From assembly GCA_965658995.1 (NCBI GenBank), contig CBFHVI010000001.1:1599-65598 (forward strand): 64,000 nt of DNA, read 5' to 3'. This document shows, one piece after another, positions 59,652 to 64,000 of this stretch. Position numbers and translations under genes: made by a program. Origin of the DNA: Flavobacteriales bacterium. GTDB lineage: Bacteria > Bacteroidota > Bacteroidia > Flavobacteriales_D > CAJJDF01. Numbering within the stretch: the stretch's first letter is position 1; each line of letters starts with the position of its first letter. The notes beneath the pieces are model-generated. The model made no database searches. It saw nothing but the letters and a program-made list of their open reading frames with translations, and was not told where the DNA came from.

Positions 59652-62600
59652 CTATTTAACCACAGTCAACTTTTTAGAAGTTGAGAAGTAATCATTAGAA
59701 ACAGAGATTGTGTAGATTCCTTCTGCCAGGTTCGTAACATCCAGTTCCAATAAATTATTGGAAGCGGACAACTCGCTTGATTCAATTAATTTTCCAACTG
59801 CATCAAAAACTCTCACTGTTACGTTTTCATTTGCATTCATTTTGGCTATATCAATTGAAACAACAGAATTAGCAGGATTTGGATACACATTAATATCTGA
59901 AGCGTTCACCACATATTCATCCAAACTTACGCTCATTATTTGAGTACAAGTCGAGGTATCCTTACATCCATCAACAGTAGTGATTTCAACTGCATATTCT
60001 CCATTTCTCACCGGTGTAAAAGTTTGACCGGTTTCTCCTAATAAGAAAGAATATTCATTTTCACAATCCATCCACTTATAAGTTACACCCGTGTTGGGAG
60101 CGGTAAGTGTAATTCCTGATACAGTCACAGGAAGAGCTGTTACTGAGTTAATAGTTAAAATAGTGGTGATAGTTTTGACACAACCAAAAGCATTTGTTGT
60201 TAAATCAGTGTAAGTTCCACTCACAAAGTATGTATTGCCAGTTTCTGGCACGGTATAACTTTCACAAGCAGAAACCGTTCGAGTTTCTGAACTATTCGCT
60301 TTGATGGTTAGATTAATTGTCATTAAACTGTCACATCCTTTTGACGTTGGTATGGTATCATACCTCGTTCCAGATGTAGTCCACACTTTTCCACTTGGTG
60401 AGGTGTAACTTCCACATGCTGTTACTGAGATCGATTTAGCTGCATTGTAATTCACAGTTAGCAAAGTAGTAATAATACTGTCACATCCTTGTGTAGTTGG
60501 GATCGTGTCTGTGAATGACCCTGAATAATTCATTGTTCTTCCACCAGGTAGCGTGTAAGACTCACAAGCCGTTACAAAATTGTTAAATGTTTTAGTGTAA
60601 TTAACTGTTAAATCAAGGGTAATTACACTATCACAACCTACCGAGTTCGGAATGATGTGAGTAGCTGTTGTATTTGAGGCAGTATAAGTAACCCCGTCCA
60701 ACCAAGTCATTGAATCACAGACAACATATGTATCGGTATATGTCGTTGAATTTTTCACTGTAAGGTTCAGTGTGAAAATGGTATCACAAATCCCAGCAAC
60801 ATTACTTTTTATGGTATCAATTGCGGAATTATTAGACGCAGTATACGTAATGCCATCCATCCACATCATTGAATCACAAACGACATACGAGTCAATTGCC
60901 GAAACATAACAGGGAAGAATAACATTCACTGTATAATCTTCAAAAGAACCGTAAGAACCAGTGTAACAAGGGCTATTAGGTCCTAAATTATTGTCAGTAC
61001 CTCCGATTCTCATAATGTGAGGACCTACAGGTGCGGAGGAAGGCACGGCAAAGGTTCCAGATAATACGGTTGGGTTTGATGAAGCTGATAATCCGAAATA
61101 TACTTGTTCTGAGGAATCAAACACTAAGTCATCATTCCAGTCAATCCAAATTTTAGTTCCATAGGTATATCCTGTTGAATATTGGATAGAGAATGCTTGT
61201 GCTGAAGCACCTTGGATTATATCAGTAGACAAAGAATCATAATCCCCATAATATCCTGGCTCCGAACCTGTTGTATTGTTAATTGTTCCGATAGTAACAT
61301 TGGTAATACCTGATCCATCAGTTGAAGTTGGAGCAGGAACACAATACCATGTGTAGAAAGAAATAGGACCTACCCAAGCACTTGAGTCTGTACCTCCACA
61401 ATAAGATCTTACGTAATACTCGTAATTTGTTTTAGCGGTAAGACCAGTTAACGATGTCGACAAAGAACTAGAAACGACATTCGTCCCTGTCACCAATGGA
61501 TCAAAACCTGCAGTATCGTAACGTACGATGTAACTTGTTGGTGTTCCAAACAATGGTGCTGACCACGAAAGAGTTGCTGTTGTACTAGTATTTACAGTTG
61601 CACCAGCCATAGTTGGTGAGAAACAAGCAGGAGATTCAATTACTGAGATATCATCTAAACAAATATCTCCTTGATAAGAACCATTACTTATCGCAACAAA
61701 CCTAAGTTTTATTACACCAGAATACGAAGATAGATCAATATATTGTTGGTTCCATGCCGAAGCTTGAGAAGCTTGCTGAGCACCCGTAATAGTTAATTCA
61801 TTTGTCCAAGTTGTTCCGTTGAAAACCTGCACACTCAGAGAACCTATTTGGCTACCAAACATATGATAATAAAACTCTAAAAAAGGTGTGGTCAAACTTG
61901 TTAGATCCACTGAAGGAGAATTCAAAATTGCTGTATCACCAACACCTGCTCCAGAAGCTTCAGTGTAGAAAAATTTAGAACCAGAGTTTGCAGAAAGAGC
62001 ACCGGTAAATGAAGATGGAGTTCCGCTAGAGCTTATATTCCAATCAAACACAGAGCCTGTATTTGTAGAGGACCAGCAGTTTGAAATAGCAGAACCACTT
62101 GTAGTGTTTGGATGCCCTTCTACTCCATCTGACCAAGGCCCTAAATTCGTGTCATTACACAAAGTGGTGAAAGAGTATGGTCCAGCCCAAGGACTTGAGT
62201 CAGAAGCGGTACAAAGAGATGACACATAATATTGATAGGTCGTAAATGAATTCAAACCTGACAAAGGTACAGTATCGTTGGTAACAATCACAGAAGTTCC
62301 AGTTCCTTGAACAAACCCAGCAACACCGTATTCGATTCTAGAATTTGCTGATCCTGCATTGTTGCTCCAGTTAATCATCGCTGAGGTTGATAATACGTTA
62401 AACGCATTCAAAGCAGTTGGATCTGGACAATTTGGAATCGCTTCCACAATCACATTATCAACGAAAAAATCAGGCCCATAATCTGAAACCCCTACAAATC
62501 TTACTTGAATTGTTTTGTTGGTGTAGGTGGCTGAATCTAAAATTATTGTTTCAGTTACAAAAGAACCTGGGCTCGTATTTGTTGCGCCATCATTAGAAGA

Positions 62601-64000
62601 AGGATTTGTCATTCCCCACACCGTGTTCCAAGTTCCACCCACTTCTCTTACTTGTACAGAAACGGAATCATCGTAGTAGGTTGAAGTATTTCTAGACCAA
62701 TCAAATTTTAATCTTGCATTGGCACTTACAATTATTGGTTCAGACATCATATGAAGTGTACCTGAAGAAATACTCCAGAAGTTAGCTCTTGCGATACCTC
62801 CCGTGTAAGCAATCCAATTATTAGAACCACCTGTTAAATCCCAACAGTTAGGCGGCCAAGACGAAAAGTCTTGTAAGTACGGTAAAGTGGCAGCACTACA
62901 CAAAGTAGTAAAACTAAATGGACCATTATATCCACTCGAATCACTGGTACCGCAATACGCCTGAACATAAAAATCATAGGTTGTATTTGCACCTAATCCC
63001 GAAAGCGCAGCAGTTAAAGAGCTTGAAGTGCCAATTGTTCCTGTACCTTGAGTAAATCCAGTAACACCATACTCAAATTTAAAACTAGTGGAGGTTGGAT
63101 GAGACCAAGCAACATTTGCACCTGAAGATGTTATCCCAGAAAAAGCAATTCCAAGTGGAAGATTACATGAAGGTGCAGCTGAATAAGCAATACTTAGGTT
63201 AGGAACTGCTGATCTTTGATATGTTGCAGAAGGAGGTGATGAAGGATTAGGATTTGTGAAATCATTTCTGTATATAATACTTCTAGTACTCGAGGTAGTT
63301 CTGCAATAAAAATCATCAGAGCTAGAACCATAACCTGCAGCATTTTCATCCACCGCAATGATAATATTATCTATACCATTCCATACAAAAGGAGTTGTAA
63401 GAGCTATCTTTACCAAATTACGGGAACCGGAAACAACAGTTACGGTGGCGGTACCCGAAAAAACTTGACTCAAATTAGTCAAGGTTTCCCAGTCAGTGGA
63501 TGAAGAGAAACTACTTTTTGTTGTATGACCCATGTACACAGTCCAATTATCAGAACTATTCAGAGTCGAATTGGTATATTCAAAAGTTAAAGTATCCATA
63601 GACTTCGCTCCAATAATGCCAGAGGCATTTAATTCAGAGGCAGGAAAAATACTTTGGGAATAAGAATACCCGTAATAAGGTTCAATTGGTAATGTTTGAG
63701 TCGTTGACGAACCTGGGGTTCCAATAACAACGTTTCCTTGTTGTGGTGTGTAGTCCAATGTCATGTTTGGAACATAAGAACGCTGATAAGTTGCGCTAGG
63801 CGGAGAAGCTGGATCTGGGTTTGTAAAATCATTTCGATACACCAAACTCCTGGTTCCCGCAGTTGATCTACAATAAAAGTCATCTGAACTGCTTCCGTAA
63901 CCTGAAGCATTTTCATCAAAAGCAAATATTAAATTACTAGTTCCATCCCAAAGGAATGGTGTGGAAAATGTTATTACAACGGTATTGGTCCCACCTGTAG
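59652..64000 (-). CDS. large T9SS type A cargo protein (tandem N-terminal domains, FN3, MAM, GEVED, GCDS repeats); 5' end lies outside the window
   Basis: The frame stays open to the right edge. FN3 motifs (GLGANTTYDFYVQAYC), MAM (FYYHMFG...GDICLDDI), GEVED-like (WIDWNDD...GSFEDY) and CTD VYPNPA...GIY...KKLTVVK. Confidence 0.88.
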   Translation of the reverse strand, partial: TGGTNTVVITFSTPFLWDGTSNLIFAFDENASGYGSSSDDFYCRSTAGTRSLVYRNDFTNPDPASPPSATYQRSYVPNMTLDYTPQQGNVVIGTPGSSTTQTLPIEPYYGYSYSQSIFPASELNASGIIGAKSMDTLTFEYTNSTLNSSDNWTVYMGHTTKSSFSSSTDWETLTNLSQVFSGTATVTVVSGSRNLVKIALTTPFVWNGIDNIIIAVDENAAGYGSSSDDFYCRTTSSTRSIIYRNDFTNPNPSSPPSATYQRSAVPNLSIAYSAAPSCNLPLGIAFSGITSSGANVAWSHPTSTSFKFEYGVTGFTQGTGTIGTSSSLTAALSGLGANTTYDFYVQAYCGTSDSSGYNGPFSFTTLCSAATLPYLQDFSSWPPNCWDLTGGSNNWIAYTGGIARANFWSISSGTLHMMSEPIIVSANARLKFDWSRNTSTYYDDSVSVQVREVGGTWNTVWGMTNPSSNDGATNTSPGSFVTETIILDSATYTNKTIQVRFVGVSDYGPDFFVDNVIVEAIPNCPDPTALNAFNVLSTSAMINWSNNAGSANSRIEYGVAGFVQGTGTSVIVTNDTVPLSGLNSFTTYQYYVSSLCTASDSSPWAGPYSFTTLCNDTNLGPWSDGVEGHPNTTSGSAISNCWSSTNTGSVFDWNISSSGTPSSFTGALSANSGSKFFYTEASGAGVGDTAILNSPSVDLTSLTTPFLEFYYHMFGSQIGSLSVQVFNGTTWTNELTITGAQQASQASAWNQQYIDLSSYSGVIKLRFVAISNGSYQGDICLDDISVIESPACFSPTMAGATVNTSTTATLSWSAPLFGTPTSYIVRYDTAGFDPLVTGTNVVSSSLSTSLTGLTAKTNYEYYVRSYCGGTDSSAWVGPISFYTWYCVPAPTSTDGSGITNVTIGTINNTTGSEPGYYGDYDSLSTDIIQGASAQAFSIQYSTGYTYGTKIWIDWNDDLVFDSSEQVYFGLSASSNPTVLSGTFAVPSSAPVGPHIMRIGGTDNNLGPNSPCYTGSYGSFEDYTVNVILPCYVSAIDSYVVCDSMMWMDGITYTASNNSAIDTIKSNVAGICDTIFTLNLTVKNSTTYTDTYVVCDSMTWLDGVTYTASNTTATHIIPNSVGCDSVITLDLTVNYTKTFNNFVTACESYTLPGGRTMNYSGSFTDTIPTTQGCDSIITTLLTVNYNAAKSISVTACGSYTSPSGKVWTTSGTRYDTIPTSKGCDSLMTINLTIKANSSETRTVSACESYTVPETGNTYFVSGTYTDLTTNAFGCVKTITTILTINSVTALPVTVSGITLTAPNTGVTYKWMDCENEYSFLLGETGQTFTPVRNGEYAVEITTVDGCKDTSTCTQIMSVSLDEYVVNASDINVYPNPANSVVSIDIAKMNANENVTVRVFDAVGKLIESSELSASNNLLELDVTNLAEGIYTISVSNDYFSTSKKLTVVK
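60147..60887 (-). repeat. five tandem ~50-aa C(D/E/G)S...GCDS..T..LT(V/I) repeats within the T9SS protein
   Basis: Visible in the translation; each unit has two Cys. Confidence 0.8.

Overview
This is an AT-rich window from a Bacteroidota (Flavobacteriales-like) chromosome. The assignment rests on repeated TAnnTTTG promoter elements, a short primary sigma factor, type B L31 and two T9SS cargo proteins. Most of it is housekeeping: accC, psd-cdsA-ftsH-rsfS-birA, lpdA, arfB, miaE-like, pdxH, rpmE2, gap, rpoD-type sigma, dnaQ-like, E2, gyrB, hutU, tRNA-Pro(TGG), tRNA-His(GTG) and SRP RNA. I saw no CRISPR array, transposase, integrase or phage gene. Four signals go beyond routine annotation. (1) A palindrome TGTAAC-N4-GTTACA lies exactly 21 nt upstream of the -7 promoter element of three separate transcription units: a diheme cytochrome c/DUF3365 lipoprotein, a persulfide dioxygenase-rhodanese/HMA/thioredoxin operon, and tauE. 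This suggests a dispersed sulfur-handling regulon. (2) A TetR-ABC-HlyD-TolC module has a single ABC subunit that has lost most ATPase motifs, and a 17/18-identical operator sits at both of its promoters. (3) A reelin-subrepeat-like domain is embedded in a T9SS type B cargo protein. (4) Several small relics are present: a degenerate tRNA-Pro 3' half, a lipoprotein pseudogene and decayed REP-like elements. All family calls come from recognising motifs by eye; no searches were run.
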